Positions 27,420 through 41,128 of a DNA stretch of 64,000 bases are shown in pieces; position 1 is the first letter of the stretch, and each line of letters begins with the position of its first letter. Source of the DNA: the human T2T-CHM13v2.0 reference genome, Homo sapiens; NCBI RefSeq assembly GCF_009914755.1, contig NC_060937.1. One strand, written 5' to 3'. The notes below the pieces were generated by a model. The model made no database searches, was not told where the DNA came from, and saw only the letters and a list, made by a program, of their open reading frames with translations. The translations under genes were made by a program, and so were the position numbers.

Positions 27420-28282
27420 AGCGAGTGTGCAGAAAGGAGTTGACATAGAACTTTAAAAAAAGCTATCCTTGGCCAGGCGCAGCGGCTCATGCCTATAATC
27501 CCAACACTTTGGGAGGCGAAGGCAGGTGGATCACCTGAGGTCAGGAGTTCGAGACCAGCCTGGCCAACATGATGAAACCCCGTCTCTACTAAAAATACAA
27601 AAATTAGCAGGGCATGGTGGCGTGCACCTGTAATTTCAGCTACCCAGGAGCCTGAGGCAGGAGAATCGCTGGAACCTGGGAGGCAGAGACTGCAGAGATC
27701 GCAACACTGCACTCCAGCCTGGGTGACAGAGCAAGACTCTGTCCCAAAAAAAAAAAAAAAAAAAAAAAAGCTATCCCTTTGAAAGGTCTGCCTGCAAAAT
27801 TTGCTCATGACTGGCACCTAGGAACTTAGATTTTGGGGGGATTCCCACCACCATTAGAAGATAATAATGGCTTATGATTTCTAAACTGTTTATGCAAACA
27901 GCATGGCTTAGGCTGAACACCTGCTTTCCTTCTGGTAGTCTGGGATTTGCGTACATGACAGGCCGCAGGTACCTATGTGACCAGTCCCCAGTAAAAACCC
28001 TGGGCAGTGAGTCTCAAAGAAGCTTTTTGTGGCTAACAACAATTCCGAAGAGCTAGTGTCAGTTGTTGCTGGGGGAATTAAGTGTGCCCTGTCTGACTCC
28101 ACTTTGGAAGCTGTGCCTGGTTTTCTCAGGACTTCGCCTCATGCACCTTTTCCCTTTGCTGTTTGTGCTTGTACTTTCATTGTAAAATATTAAAGCGCTG
28201 AGTACAACTATATGCTGAGTCCTATGAGTCATCCTACTAAATCATCAGATCTGAAGGTAGTCCTGAGTACCCCCAACATACA
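27420..28282 (+). mobile_element. MER21-family ERVL LTR interrupted by Alu
   Basis: GTGACCAGTCCCCAGTAAAAACCCTGG, GAGTACAACTATATGCTGAGTCCTATGAGTC, end CCCCCAACATACA. Confidence 0.8.
27471..27769 (+). mobile_element. AluSx/Sz
   Basis: Full dimer with small right-arm deletion; TSD AAAAAAAGCTATCC. Confidence 0.93.
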
Positions 28283-30983
28283 TAGTATAGTCAGAAAAAG
28301 TTGGAAAAAATTAAAATATAGTTATTTCAGCACCCTTTTCCAATGCAATATTTTTATAACTTTTTAATCTTAATTTTTATAAAATATGCTTTCATATTTT
28401 GAAGCCTTGAACTTGCATACTTTGGTTACTTCATTTATGGAAAATTTTCACATTATAGCCTAAATGACAAAAACATTCTTATTGCCAAACAATTAGCCAA
28501 AGCTGACTAAAGAATAAATCATCTTGCAATATTAATTACTAAAGGTTATCTCATCAAAATTAAACCAAATGAGATCCAATATATTTATTTTATCCAAATG
28601 TATAATTTTAGAAAATAAGTAGAAAAACATACAGTTTTTCTTTACTTTGTAATGAGATAAAATATAAAATTAATACGTGAAATATAGCTAAAATTAAAGG
28701 TATTAATAAAATGGAAAATACAAGTTATGGTATTCTTTGAAAAATGTTTATATGGAGAGATTGACGTCCTGGATTCAATTTTGTAGAATAATTGAATAAG
28801 AATCAACTATCAAGTAAGAAATAACTTAATTAACTTTATACATCATGATCAACATTTTCTAATGTACCAATGAAAGAGAAAAGAATATAATGTTAAAATG
28901 AATCCATCCATGAGCTAGCATATAATTTTAGACTTTGTCTATAGGTGGAAAAAAAATACTAAATATATAATAAAATGAAATAAGATGAGGCTGCAATTGG
29001 AATAAATATTTCATAGTATGGCTTATTTTGAACTTGAAAGAAATCATAATAAAGTTTTATCTTGGACTTTTAGCCAATGTATCATGAAAAATTTAATACT
29101 CCTTGAAAATATTCCAGTTAGAGTTAAAAAGTCAATATGAAAAATCTATTTTGCTTTGACTTTTTAAATGTACTTTTAAAAACTTTCCAAGGGTGAATTT
29201 TAAGAATAGTGAAAAAGAATTGTTTATTATTACATACATGAGAAAAACATTTTTATTGCTCAGTATAGCTTACTGATATTTACTTCGCTGTGTTTTACTC
29301 TCCTTCAAGAGTATTGCATTTTTTACAATAGGACAAAAGAGGAATGAAATGAAATAAAACAAAATCCTTGAATAAATGTGGCCATTAATCCCACAGTTCT
29401 ATTCTACCAAATACCTGAATGCAGAAGATCCCATACAAATCAAAATACCCTGTTGTCTGATGCCATGCTGTATGCTTAAGAGAATACGTATGAAGAAAGA
29501 ACAATAAAAATCTCTAATGGTTTCTTGTGCATTGATCAGTTGTCAAAAGTTAAAGGGGTCATCCCTTTTCTCTTGTCTGCAAAGAGTACCGAGGATGCCT
29601 AAAACACCATGATAAAATTTGGGGTATGGTAGGGTGCCTTTCTTTGATAAAATGGAAGGATTATCACTAAAAGTGTCACAGACTAATTTTAGAAAAGAGT
29701 TCATATGAAGGTGGAGAATCTGAAAAATATTCCTTAAAACATCTAGGCTCCCTTACCCCTTAGAAAGTTTTCTTACACTCCCAGGATTAACATGTCAATC
29801 CCAGTTTGAAGATCACTAGTGACAAAAATTTTTCCTGAATATCCCTAAGCTTTCTTTCTGACTCAATTCCCAGGTCCAGTTGCAAGTGGAAACATATTAT
29901 GAATAATATAGGATAAACTTGGAAATGAAGGCTTTTTCCTACCTCACTTGCTAGGCTTTCTTTCTAATGATGCTTTCTGTGGTTCTTCTTTGTAGGATTC
30001 CATATCACCCCAGCTCCAATTTGCCAGGCGTTTTTACTGCGTCTTGTCAGTCTAGGTAGCAGCTCTATTAATCCACTGATGACAGTAATGTGATTTTCCT
30101 TGTTCAAGAGGTAACAGCATTATTAGATATAGGATCTTCAACAGCAAAAATATACACCCCCAACATTAGTGCAGTAATTTGTATTTCTAAATCTTATTAT
30201 AAATAGCATTATAAAATTCACATAAATATATGCAGGTGCAACTTGGAAAAAAGTGAGATTTTGTGTTTATTGTGTTGAAACTTAGATTCTTTCATAGAAG
30301 AACTCACGGGACTTAGATAAAAGAAAAAAAGTTGAGAGCTACTAGTTTAGGAAATAGAAAGCCAGTTTGGCAATAACCAGCCATTCTACTTTCTTCCCCT
30401 TCCTATATTCTCTGGCCAGTGCTTGGTAAATTTTAAATCATGATTTTCTGTAATTTAATCAATAATTATTCCAGGCTAGAAATGAAGTGTATTATTATTA
30501 ATATATTTATAATAATGTGCAATAATAAGGCTAGACAATCATCTGGCATCCAGAATTAGCATAATCCATCTCTAAAGTGGTTGATGCAGTGAAATAAATG
30601 AAGTAACCTAAGTGAGTTTACACAGAGATGTACTTACGTATCTAGAAATAAAACCCCAAACCAATTTTGGTTCAGTCATTTGTCATCCCACCAAACCACA
30701 ATTCCTTCTTCTATATTGTTTAGGCTCTTTGAACCACCAGTCCTTCAAAATGATGTATTTGAAATAGATTTCAGAAATTGACTTTCACTTTGTTCCTCAT
30801 ATGTGGTATTTTGAGCATGACTAGTAATGGCAGAGAATGAAAAGAAAAGAAAATGAAAGAAAAGAATAGAAACGAGAAAGAGAAAAGAAAAAAACTATTA
30901 TTGTGAAAAATCTGGACACACAAGACTATCATGTTAGATAGATTATTACATATAAAAATAGCCCTACTAAATGAAAGAAATAG

Positions 30984-31331
<348 letters not shown>

Positions 31332-33579
31332 ACATGATCATATTTCTTTTAAGAAGCCTTGCTATACTAACAAGTTTATCCACATAAAACAACAAAGCAC
31401 CACTGACAAAACTGATAATGTTTTAATAAATCTCTGATAGATTACTAAAAAGGTCTAGAAAACAACTATTTAGTTAATATTTATAATTTCATCAAATGCA
31501 GCCTATATAAAGGAAATATTATGTGTTTCTGTGCATCACCATAATTCAAATGTAAAGCAAATGAAACTGGGAAAAACTATGCATTCTACTGGAATTTTAT
31601 TTCACTTCTTTTGCTTTATGGAGCACACCCTTATCTGGCTTTTTAGAAACCAATTCTTTATCCAGGATGGCAGTTTCAGGAAATGATGTATAAAGTTTCT
31701 GCATATCTGTTGCTTAAAATTCCAACTGGACAATTTTACAGTTTCTAAAGGATAATTCAGACCAATCTTATGCACAATACTGTGCACTTTTTTCAAAAGA
31801 ACTGATATTTATGTGCTTTGCCAATTTCTCAGAAACCACAACTATCTGAATCTCTATGAAATAAATAGGAAGAATTTATGAAACCATCTACATTTTATCT
31901 ATAAGGTCAAATGAAAATATTTTTCATGGAAACCCTGGGATATATGGAAAAGTTGGGAACTGTGTAGGAAGAAAAGTTAGTCAATTTACTTGAACTTCTT
32001 TTTCTTGCAAATATCCAATGGAGTCAACACACAGTGGTTATACAGCTATTAAATAAGCCGAGAAAACCTCCAAATATTTGAAATTCACATTTTCTCCTCA
32101 GCCCTAAGTTCCTCTGAGAATTGTACTCAGTTCAGAAATGCCTGGGAATGCAGCTCCTAATTCCCCCTGAAGAGAAGTTTCTTCCCACTTTGATTTTCTC
32201 AGCCACAAACTAATCATTCTTAATTGTTTCCAGCTGTGATTCCTTCTCCCAGAGGTTGCTTCCTGCTGGTACCCAAGTAGTACAGAATCATGCAATTTTG
32301 TTAAACTCCAATAAATACATGGGAGTGTTGTAGAACCTAATTCACGATACAAGATTTCAAGCACTGTGACTATCAAGTAAACTTTCACTCAGCTTTGAAA
32401 GCTGACCACATAATGAAGACCACTTTTTGTTACAAAGAGGTGACAAGAGAGCAGGCAATTAAAAGTTATATTTTCTACTATTAGGGATTATAATGGAATA
32501 ATATTTATATGTTTATTTGTAATATGTGTATATATGTATATGTATTTGCGTATGGACATACATGGTAAATTATTTGTAATACATTAAAAGTAGTTTTCAC
32601 ATATATTTGGGATATTTATTTAAATTATTGTTACAGCAACAAGAAATAAAATAATGGTTCAGGACTACATGATGCTGTCTTGAAACAAAACACTCTATAA
32701 CAACACCAAGAAAGTAAATCAAAATAGGAAATATTGACACATTCAGGTCTTCATAAAATTAAATACTTGGTTCCTCCTTACATGTTTACATTTTAATCTC
32801 CAAAACAAATATTTTAAAAAAAGTTTAAATCCTTGTTATCAGAAGAGCATTTAAATTATATCATTGAAAGAATATTAGGATTTTATCTTTTCTAGTTTAT
32901 TAATGTTACAAACTCAACCATTTTGTTGGTATTAATGAATCAATCCTTTTTAAGTTACTTTTAAACAAAGAAAAAGAAGCAACAAAAAACATGATTAGAA
33001 GAAATTAAGTACATGTGAAGTGATTTAAAACGTGAACATAGGCTTTCTTATTAAAACCAGTGAATCTGAAGTTTCAGTTAATGAACCACCATTCATGGCT
33101 ATTAGCTTCACTAATAAACTTTGTTACTGGGGAGAAAACTGAGGATAATAAAGAGAGCATTTCAAAGCTTGAGAAGAGGTTGTCATTGACAGAAAACGTG
33201 CAAGTTCAAAATGCCTAAGAAAGTTTGCAAAAAGACATTAAGAAAAGCACAAAAATAATTGTTCTTCTGCACCTGCAGCCTTAATGAACTCATTGGCTAT
33301 TTCAACATACTACAGTTTATTTATGCTCCAAATAATACTTACATAGCATCAATGTGCTGAAGGAAGATTAAGAGGCCAAGCTGTGTTGGTTATAGAGTTT
33401 TACCCTAAATAACAATAAAAAACAAAAAAAGTTAAAATATTTACACATTTTAGGGTAATATGGAGAATTTCTTAGTGTTTTTTTTATTTCTGAAACTAAT
33501 TTTATAAATAATAATTCAAGGTGTGCCATATTTACACTAAAATTCATGCTATGAAAACACAATGTTCAGACAGAAATAA

Positions 33580-34000
33580 AATTTAGAAAGACTAAACTGA
33601 GAGAGGATTGAGTAGTTCATGCCATACTAATGCCTCCACAAAAAGCAAGTAGGAAAGATAGACAAAATATAATAATCACTTATTTAAAACATCGGATTTC
33701 TGTGGAAGTAACAAAAACTAAAAACTAAAAACTAACATATTAGACATGGGGAGACTGTGGAGAAATGAGCTGGTGATCTGCAACCACTAGGGCATATGTC
33801 AGGCTGGAGCATCAGGAAGAGGGAAAGAATGTGGTTTGGTCTAGGCAGAAGGCCGCTATGTGGAGAGCAAAACCAGCGGAGTGTTCAGTGGTTGTACAAG
33901 CTGGAAAAACAAGACTGGAAAGTTAAGTGGCCTCCAACATAGCATGTTATCCCCAAAACTGGGTAGGAAAGAGACAGAAGATATAATCCAAAAACCTTGA
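33580..34000 (+). mobile_element. Possible old L1M 5' region
   Basis: A-rich L1ME/MD 5'-like text upstream of the ORF1 remnant at 35.8 kb. Confidence 0.35.
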
Positions 34001-34013
34001 TAAAGTAAAGCAG

Positions 34014-34347
34014 CCAAAGAAGATAAATACAGGGGAAATAAACCTATAAAAAGATGCGCTCCAGGCCGGGCACGGTGGCTCACGCCTGTAATCCCAACAC
34101 TTTGGGAAGCCGAGGCGCGCGGATCACAAGGTCTGGAGATCGAGACCATCCTGGCTAACGTGGTGAAACCCCGTATCGACTAAAAAAAAAAACAAAAAAT
34201 TAGCTGGGCGTGGTGGCGGGCGCCTGTAGTCCCAGCTACTTAGGAGTCTGAGGCAGGAGAATGGCACGAACCTGGGAGGCAGAGCTTGCTGTGAGCCAAG
34301 ATCCCACCGCTGCACTCCAGCCTGGGCGACAGAGCAAGACTCCGTCT

Positions 34348-34384
<37 letters not shown>

Positions 34385-35355
34385 TGCGCTCCATCAAATA
34401 TCATCAGGAAAATGCAAATTAAAACCATGAGATACCACTACACCAATTAAGATGGCCAAAACCCGGAAGAGTCATAACACCAAATGCAGGAGAATCTGTA
34501 GAACAACAGAAACCTCATTCATTGCATTCATTGCCTGGGGGGATATAAAATGGTACAACTACTTTGAAAGACAGTTTGGCAGTTTCTTATGAAACTGAAC
34601 ATACTCATACAATGAAGTTCAGGAATCATGCTCCTTGGTGTTTACCCAAACGTGTTGAAAGCATGTCTACATGAAAACCTGTTTATGGAGGTTTATTGCA
34701 ACTTCATTCATAATAATCAAAACTTGGGAGCAAGCAAGATCTCCTTCAGTAGGTAAATGGATAAACTGTATTACATCTGGACAATGGAATATTATTTAGC
34801 ACTTAAAAGAAATGAGCTATCAAGCCATGAAAAGACATGGAGGAAACAATGTATATTACTAAGTGAAAAAAGAACAACCTGAAAAGGCTACATACTGTAG
34901 GATTCCAACTATATGGCATTCTAGAAAAGACAAAATTGTGGAGATACTGAAAAGATCAATGGACGCCTGGGGTTAGTGGGAGGTGGAAGGGAAATACGGT
35001 ACAACTTGAGCCATAGAGTGGAGTCAGTGGAGACCAGAGGATTTTTAGGGCAGTGAAAATATTCCATATGATACTATAATGGTGGATGCTTGTCATTTTC
35101 GATTTGTCCAAACCCATAAAACACACAACACCAAGAGTGAATTGTAATGTAAACTATAGGCTTAAGGTGATAATGATGTATCAGTGTAGGTTCAGAGTGG
35201 TAATACACCCTGCTGGCAGGGGGTGTTGAAATAGGGGAGGCTATGTTTGTGGTGGAGTGGCGGCAGGGCTGCATTTGGGAAATCTCTGTACCTTCCACTC
35301 AATATTGCTGTGAACCTAAAACTTCTCTAAAAAAATCTATTTGGTTAAAAAAAAA
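34014..35355 (+). mobile_element. L1MC1/2 3' fragment interrupted by AluY
   Basis: GGAAAATGCAAATTAAAACCATGAGATACCACTACAC through 3' UTR AATCTCTGTACCTTCC...GAACCTAAAACT. Confidence 0.88.
34064..34380 (+). mobile_element. AluY
   Basis: Full dimer, long pure A tail, perfect TSD AAAAAGATGCGCTCCA. Confidence 0.95.
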
Positions 35356-35749
35356 CGAGCCACTAAAACTGGAAAAAATAGTAAAGCAGACGGTTTCACA
35401 GTAATGTGATACTAAAGAGAAAAGACTGTTCAGACGAACTGGTGCTAGTGAACAACGTATTTTCAGTGGAAAATCTTGGAAGGAGAAATATATTGGTGAG
35501 CCACAGATGTACTTTCAATTTTTTCAGTGGGCAGAGAAAGGGATTCCACTCTTGTCCCTGGAGAAGAACTGGAATACAAAGAAACCAGCAGAGACATTTG
35601 TGGTCACGCAGGATTAACATGACTAAATTAAAGGCTTGAGTTTCCCCTTTAAGACCTTTGTCTGCTGACTTCAATAAATGGATCACCTTCTGAAATTGGA
35701 TTCTTTAGTAATCAATTAATTGTTTTCTAATAATTTTGATTTAATGCTA

Positions 35750-37650
35750 CACATTGTAAATGAAAAACAAGAGACACAAGATAAGGTTATCTTCCTCCAT
35801 TTAGCAGACAGAGAAACAGATAAGTACCTTAAAATAATAATGATATGTTAATGGAAACAGAAGACGAGAGGAATAAATAGATGAGTGAGAAAAAGAGAAA
35901 GAATATGATCATTTAATTGAAACACCTTTTTACTTTTACTTTTAGAACTGAAAAATATATCTAAAATTAAGAAACTATTGGTTGGGTATACTGGCAGGTT
36001 GAACTCAGTAAAAGATAAGATTATTGGAAAGATAAACTGGAAGACAGGTCAAAATAAAATATAATAACCAAAATACAGAAAGAAAAATGATTGTGGAATA
36101 AAGAAAGCATGAGAAGCATGAACAGCATAGCGAAAAAGTCTAAAATATGTAAAATTGGAGTTCATATAAAGAGAAGGAAAAGATCGAAATAGAAAAAATA
36201 TCTAAAGAAACAATGGCTGAGAACTTAACAAAATTAGTGAAAGTGATTAATAAAAATCTACAGGGAGCTCTGCAAATATGAAGCAAGATAATTACACAGA
36301 AAGTCATAAATAGGCACATTGTGATAAAACTGTTGAAAACCAATGGGAATGGGAAAATTCTGAAAACAGCCATAGGAAAATAATACATTTATTTCAAAGA
36401 AGCAACCTTAAGGATGAGAGCAGGTTTGTCTACCAAAACCATGGGAACCAAAAGACAAGGGAATGGTTTCTTCATAATGCAGAAAGAAAATATCTGCCAT
36501 CCTAAAAATCTATGCCAAGTAAAAATTCTCTTTAAATATAAATACTAAATAAAGTCATTTTTAGGCAAATACAAGTTTTTTAAAATGCATTGACAGAAGA
36601 CTTTCACTGAAATGAATAAAAAAGGAAATTCTTTATGAAAAAGAAAAATGGTCTTACAAAAACAAAAGCAGTAAGAAGGGTAAAATAGGTGCTTAAAAAG
36701 TGGGCAAATACAAACAAGTATTAACTGTACAAAATAATATTAAATCTTGATACATTAAAAAATATATCTACTTATCAACTAAATGTAATGTGGTATCATA
36801 GATAGAATCCTTGAACAGAAAAAAAATCATTAGGTGAAAACCTAAGGAAGTCTGAGAAAAGTATGGACTTTCATTAATCATAATGTATCAATATTAGTTT
36901 GTTAATTTTGACAAATATACTTAATAAAGTCAGACGTTGATAATCAGGAAAAGTGAATATGGTTATTTGGAAACTCTGTGTAGCATCATCATAATTTTTC
37001 TGTAAATCTAAATCAAAAAAGTAAAATTAAATGTTTATTTAAAATATGTAGAATTAAAACACATGGCAATGACACAAAGCATGGAAAGAGTATATAGGGC
37101 TGGACTATTCTTAGATTCTAGCATTATCAGGCAAGTGGTAAGAATAATAATTTCAGATAGACCCTAATACACATATGGGCTCCGCTCTCTAGAGGAACAC
37201 TGTAAAATAAAAATTTCTGCAATTGTAGAAATGTCCTGTATATGTACTAACAATACCATAGTCACTGACCATTTCAAATGTAGCTAGTGGGACTAAGGAA
37301 TGAAATTTTAATTTTATTTAAATTTAAATAGCCAGCTGTGGCTCCTGGCCACCAAGCTGAGGAGCATAATTCTAGAGTAGCCTAAAAGAACAATAAAAAC
37401 TTAGGTGGCCAACAAATTATCAGGAAAAAAATCAAATAATGAAAAATTATATTTCATTCATCCAATTGAAGGCAAAGAAGGTAAGAAAACGTAGCATAAT
37501 ACAAGTGGGTCTAAAAGAAAACAAATTGTAATATGGTAGCTATAAACTCAACTGCATCAATATTATATCAATGTACTTGGACAAAATATTCCAAATAAAG
37601 GAAACAATATGCTGCTTAGACCCGATTATATTTTGTTTATAAAAATAATA
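35750..37650 (+). mobile_element. Old L1M ORF1-to-endonuclease remnant containing an L1MC 3' piece (about 36770-37045) and MER3
   Basis: ORF1-like A-rich text (AATGGCTGAGAACTT, AGGCACATTGTGATAAAACTGTTGAAAACCAA); L1MC end CAACTAAATGTAATGTGGTATC. Confidence 0.7.
37195..37369 (+). mobile_element. MER3 (hAT-Charlie)
   Basis: AAATGTAGCTAGTGGGACTAAGGAA...AATTTAAATAGCC; TSD CTCTAGAG/TTCTAGAG. Confidence 0.75.
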
Positions 37651-38204
37651 ATATCTTTCCAAGACAGCAAAATAAGGGAAAAAATCAATTTTGCAAGGTA
37701 GGTAAGGAATTCAATCAACGCAGAGAACTGAAAGAGTAGTATCTTAAATTTCAGTCCAAGGTTAGTCGGATATAAAGCAAAGGCAGAATAGACAACTCTT
37801 CCAAAGATACTTTCTCAATCAATACTTCCATATTTAAACTTCAGCTGTCAGGTATGAGTGACAGCACAAAAGGAAAATTTGCTAAGGTTATACCCTTCAC
37901 CTGACATTTTTAAGCCACTCCTTTTCTCACTTATTTTTATTTTCTCCTACTTTACCAGCTCTTGTCCAGCATGGTAACATTTCTAGAGAGCATCAGTTTC
38001 AACCACGACCAGTGATCAAAAAAAGAGAACTAAGGCTTTTTTATAAATCACTCACATTCTTTCTACTAGATTTTTCTTTCCTAAATCTGTGAGACTATAT
38101 TGTTCTTGTTCATCTGGGATATTGAGTCAGCCCCAGTGAATTGAATTTATTTATATGTTTCTTTACATTCAGCTCCAGTTTTGGAGAAATCTAGTTTATT
38201 CATG

Positions 38205-38560
38205 ACAGGTTAAGTTAGCGGGTAACAGACAATCCCCAAATCTAAGTGGCTTAAGAAAAAGTTTTTATTTCTTGCTTAAGGAAGTTGGCAATGGGTCTGG
38301 GTGATGCTTCAGGGGTTCTGTCTTCTAACAGCTCAGCATTACACCTTCATATCAATATTTGCTTTTATAACCATATAGCAAGGGTGAAAGCGCTGAAGGG
38401 TCTCACAAGTAGAGGATTCTTAGGAGGAACATGAGTCACTTCTGGTCATATTTCATTAAGACCGTAAGTCAATGGCCATGCATAAAACCTCAACAAGAGA
38501 GAGGAGTAAGTGTCATCCTTCCCTCGCAATCTTATCCCAACAGAAGGCAAAAAGGAACCA
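38205..38560 (-). mobile_element. MLT1J/K-like LTR
   Basis: GTAACAGACAATCCCCAAATCTAAGTGGCTTAA...TTTATTTCTTGCT. Confidence 0.7.
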
Positions 38561-38841
38561 TTGATCAAATAAAAAATATATTGAGTAACTAATGTTTTAA
38601 ACCAATTGTCCAAGCTATGTCAAGTCTGAACTTTAATATAAAGGAGAAAGAAATATTAGACTTGAAAAAAGTGGATACTAGATAACGAAGAGAAAACAGG
38701 GTCTATCCAATGATTCAATTTCACATAGCTTCATTGAACACTGACTTGAGAAGAATTCTGATGCCGGTGTTAACTCAGTGGAAAAGAGTGATTTAAAAGG
38801 TCAGTGATACCAGCTAGGAGCACAAGAATGAGGGGTAGTTC

Positions 38842-39342
38842 TATGTAACAGACTGTCTTACTCACCCCAATTCCAACTTTCTTCTGCATCCACACTTTTT
38901 CTGGGCCTCATGGAGGGAGGGCAGAGTGTGCTTCTCCATCCCTCAATCAGGCTTGACCCTGTAACTTGTTTTGGCTAATAGCACATGGGTAGAGTGTGCA
39001 ATTTCTGAGCCAAGACTTCAGTGTCCTCCTGTGTTGCCACTTGTTCTCATGTGCCTCTGTCATTCTCATGAAAAAAGCATACCCCAGATGACACTCTGGT
39101 ACCAGGAGAAGAATGTGAGATATATGAAACATAAACCCCTTGTTCCCACAGCCTGAAATGGAGTCACCCCAGGCATTCCGTAGGCTTGTGAAGGGTGATC
39201 ATCAAAGCCATATGTTGAGTTCAGCCTACACTGGCTGAACTTCAGCCAACCTTCAGAGAAGCAAGAACAGTTACAAATGTTTGCTGTTTTAAGCCATGGA
39301 ACTTTGGGGCAATTTGTTATGCAGCAAGAGCTCATCAATACA
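38842..39342 (+). mobile_element. MLT1I/J-like LTR
   Basis: GTAACTTGTTTTGGCTAATAG and 3' TGCTGTTTTAAGCCA...TTGTTATGCAGCAA...CAATACA. Confidence 0.75.
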
Positions 39343-39740
39343 TGTTGGTGTGCCAGACAATGACCACACATAAATTACAGTGGGTGGAAAAAAACCCCAC
39401 ATCTACAAAAGAAAAGAGATTGCAGACTGTCACACAAAGAAAAAAAAAAAGATAGGCATTCTTGAAAATCTGGAAAGAAAAAGAAGAATAGATACATGTA
39501 ATGTGACCATTTTCTAAATATAGATATATGAACTAACAGTGTCTTTTCTAGTTTCAGTCTCTATTTACCTGGAAAAAATTCAAAGATACAAAATTGTACT
39601 TTAAAATATATAGTTAAAAACTGATTTTATTTTAAAAGAAAAAATTAAATGGAATGGAAATAGTACCTGACAATATAACATGAATGTTAATAATTATTCT
39701 ATAAAATTATAAATTTAAACATCAGGTTTATTAAAAATAT

Positions 39741-40065
39741 ATTTATTTATTTGTTTATTTATTTATTTATTTATTTATTTTTTGAGACAAGATCTGCCTC
39801 TATCACCTAGACTGGAGTGCAGTGGTGCAATCTTACCTCACTACAACCTCCACTTCCTGGGCTCAGGTCATCCTCCCACCTCAGCCTCCTGAGTAGCTGG
39901 GACTACAGACACATGCCACCATGCTCGGTTAATTTTTGTATTTTTTGTAGAGACAGGGTTTCTTCATGTTGCCCAGGCTGGTCTCAAACTCCTGAGCTCA
40001 AGCAATCCGCCTGCCTTGGCCTCCCAAAATGCTGGAATTATAGGCATGAGCCACCATGGCTGGCC
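39741..40065 (-). mobile_element. AluJ with (TTTA)n tail
   Basis: J diagnostics (CTCCTGAGCTCAAGCAATCC, TTTTTTGTAGAGACAGGG). Confidence 0.9.
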
Positions 40066-40194
40066 TAAAATATCTTAATGTATTAAAATTAAAGAGATGT
40101 CTCAGTTTTGAAGGAAGAAAACAAAAGAAAGCATAATTTCCAACAGTAAAACCATAGAATTCAGTGACTTAATATGAAATATTAAAATGTAAAT

Positions 40195-40773
40195 GCTATC
40201 ATGTACCCCATAATGACATTTTGATCAATGACACACCAAATAAACAATGCTGGTCTGATGGGATTATAATACTATATTTTTGCTGTACCTTTTCTACATT
40301 TAGATATGTTTAAATATGCAAATATTTACCACTGTGTTACAATTGCCTACAGAAGGGGTGTCCAATCTTTTGAATTCCCTGGGCCACGTTGGAAGAATTA
40401 TCTTGGGCCACACATAAAATACACTAACACTAATGATAGCTAATGTACTAAAAAAAAAAAAAAAAAAAAAAAACCGTCAAAAAAATCGTAATGTTTTAAG
40501 AAAGCTTACAAATTTGTGCTGGGCCACATTCAAACTGTCCTGGGCTGCATGCAGCCCGTGGGCTGCTGATTGCACAAGCTGGGCTTACAATACTCAGCAC
40601 AGTAACATGCTGTACAAGTTTGTAGCTTAGGAGCAATAGACGATACCATGTAGCCTAGGCGTAGGCCATACTATCTCGGTCTATGTACACTCTATGATGT
40701 TTGCACAATGATGAAATCTCTTAATGATACATTTCTCAGAATATATCCCTGCTGTGAAGCGATGCATGACTAT
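40195..40773 (-). mobile_element. Tigger3/Golem (MER7-type) interrupted by MER30
   Basis: GTACACTCTATGATGTTTGCACAATGATGAAATC...CATTTCTCAGAA...GCGATGCATGACT terminus. Confidence 0.85.
40353..40582 (+). mobile_element. MER30 (hAT-Charlie)
   Basis: AGGGGTGTCCAATCTTTTG...CACATAAAATACACTAACACTAA; TSD GCCTACAG/GCTTACAA. Confidence 0.88.
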
Positions 40774-40917
40774 AGATGTTTTAAGGTGAATTTCAGAATG
40801 ACAATTTGGGGATGGGATATTTAAGAAAGCTAATTTGAAATACATTTTGAAATGAATACCAATGTCCAAAAGGTAGCCAGGCACTAGTTTTATGAGAGCA
40901 AGTATTGGTTTGATTTG

Positions 40918-41128
40918 GCAGCACTGTGTTTTGAACCCAAGACTCCAGCCCGAGTATCAGCAACCTTTCCTTGCATCAGAATCACTTGGGATGCTTTTTA
41001 ACATAGAGGCGCCCAAACTCTATCTCTGAGCTTTTCATTTAATTGGTTTGGTTACAGCCTAGATATTAGTAATTTTTAGAAGATTTCTATATGATTTCAA
41101 AGTGTGACTAGGATTAATAATCATCACT
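40918..41128. mobile_element. MER5A/B-like hAT-Charlie
   Basis: GCATCAGAATCACTTGGGATGCTT core. Confidence 0.55.

Noticed and set aside
29940-30115. Exon-like block with splice-like sites on both strands
   Set aside because: Frames examined contain stops or give no recognisable protein
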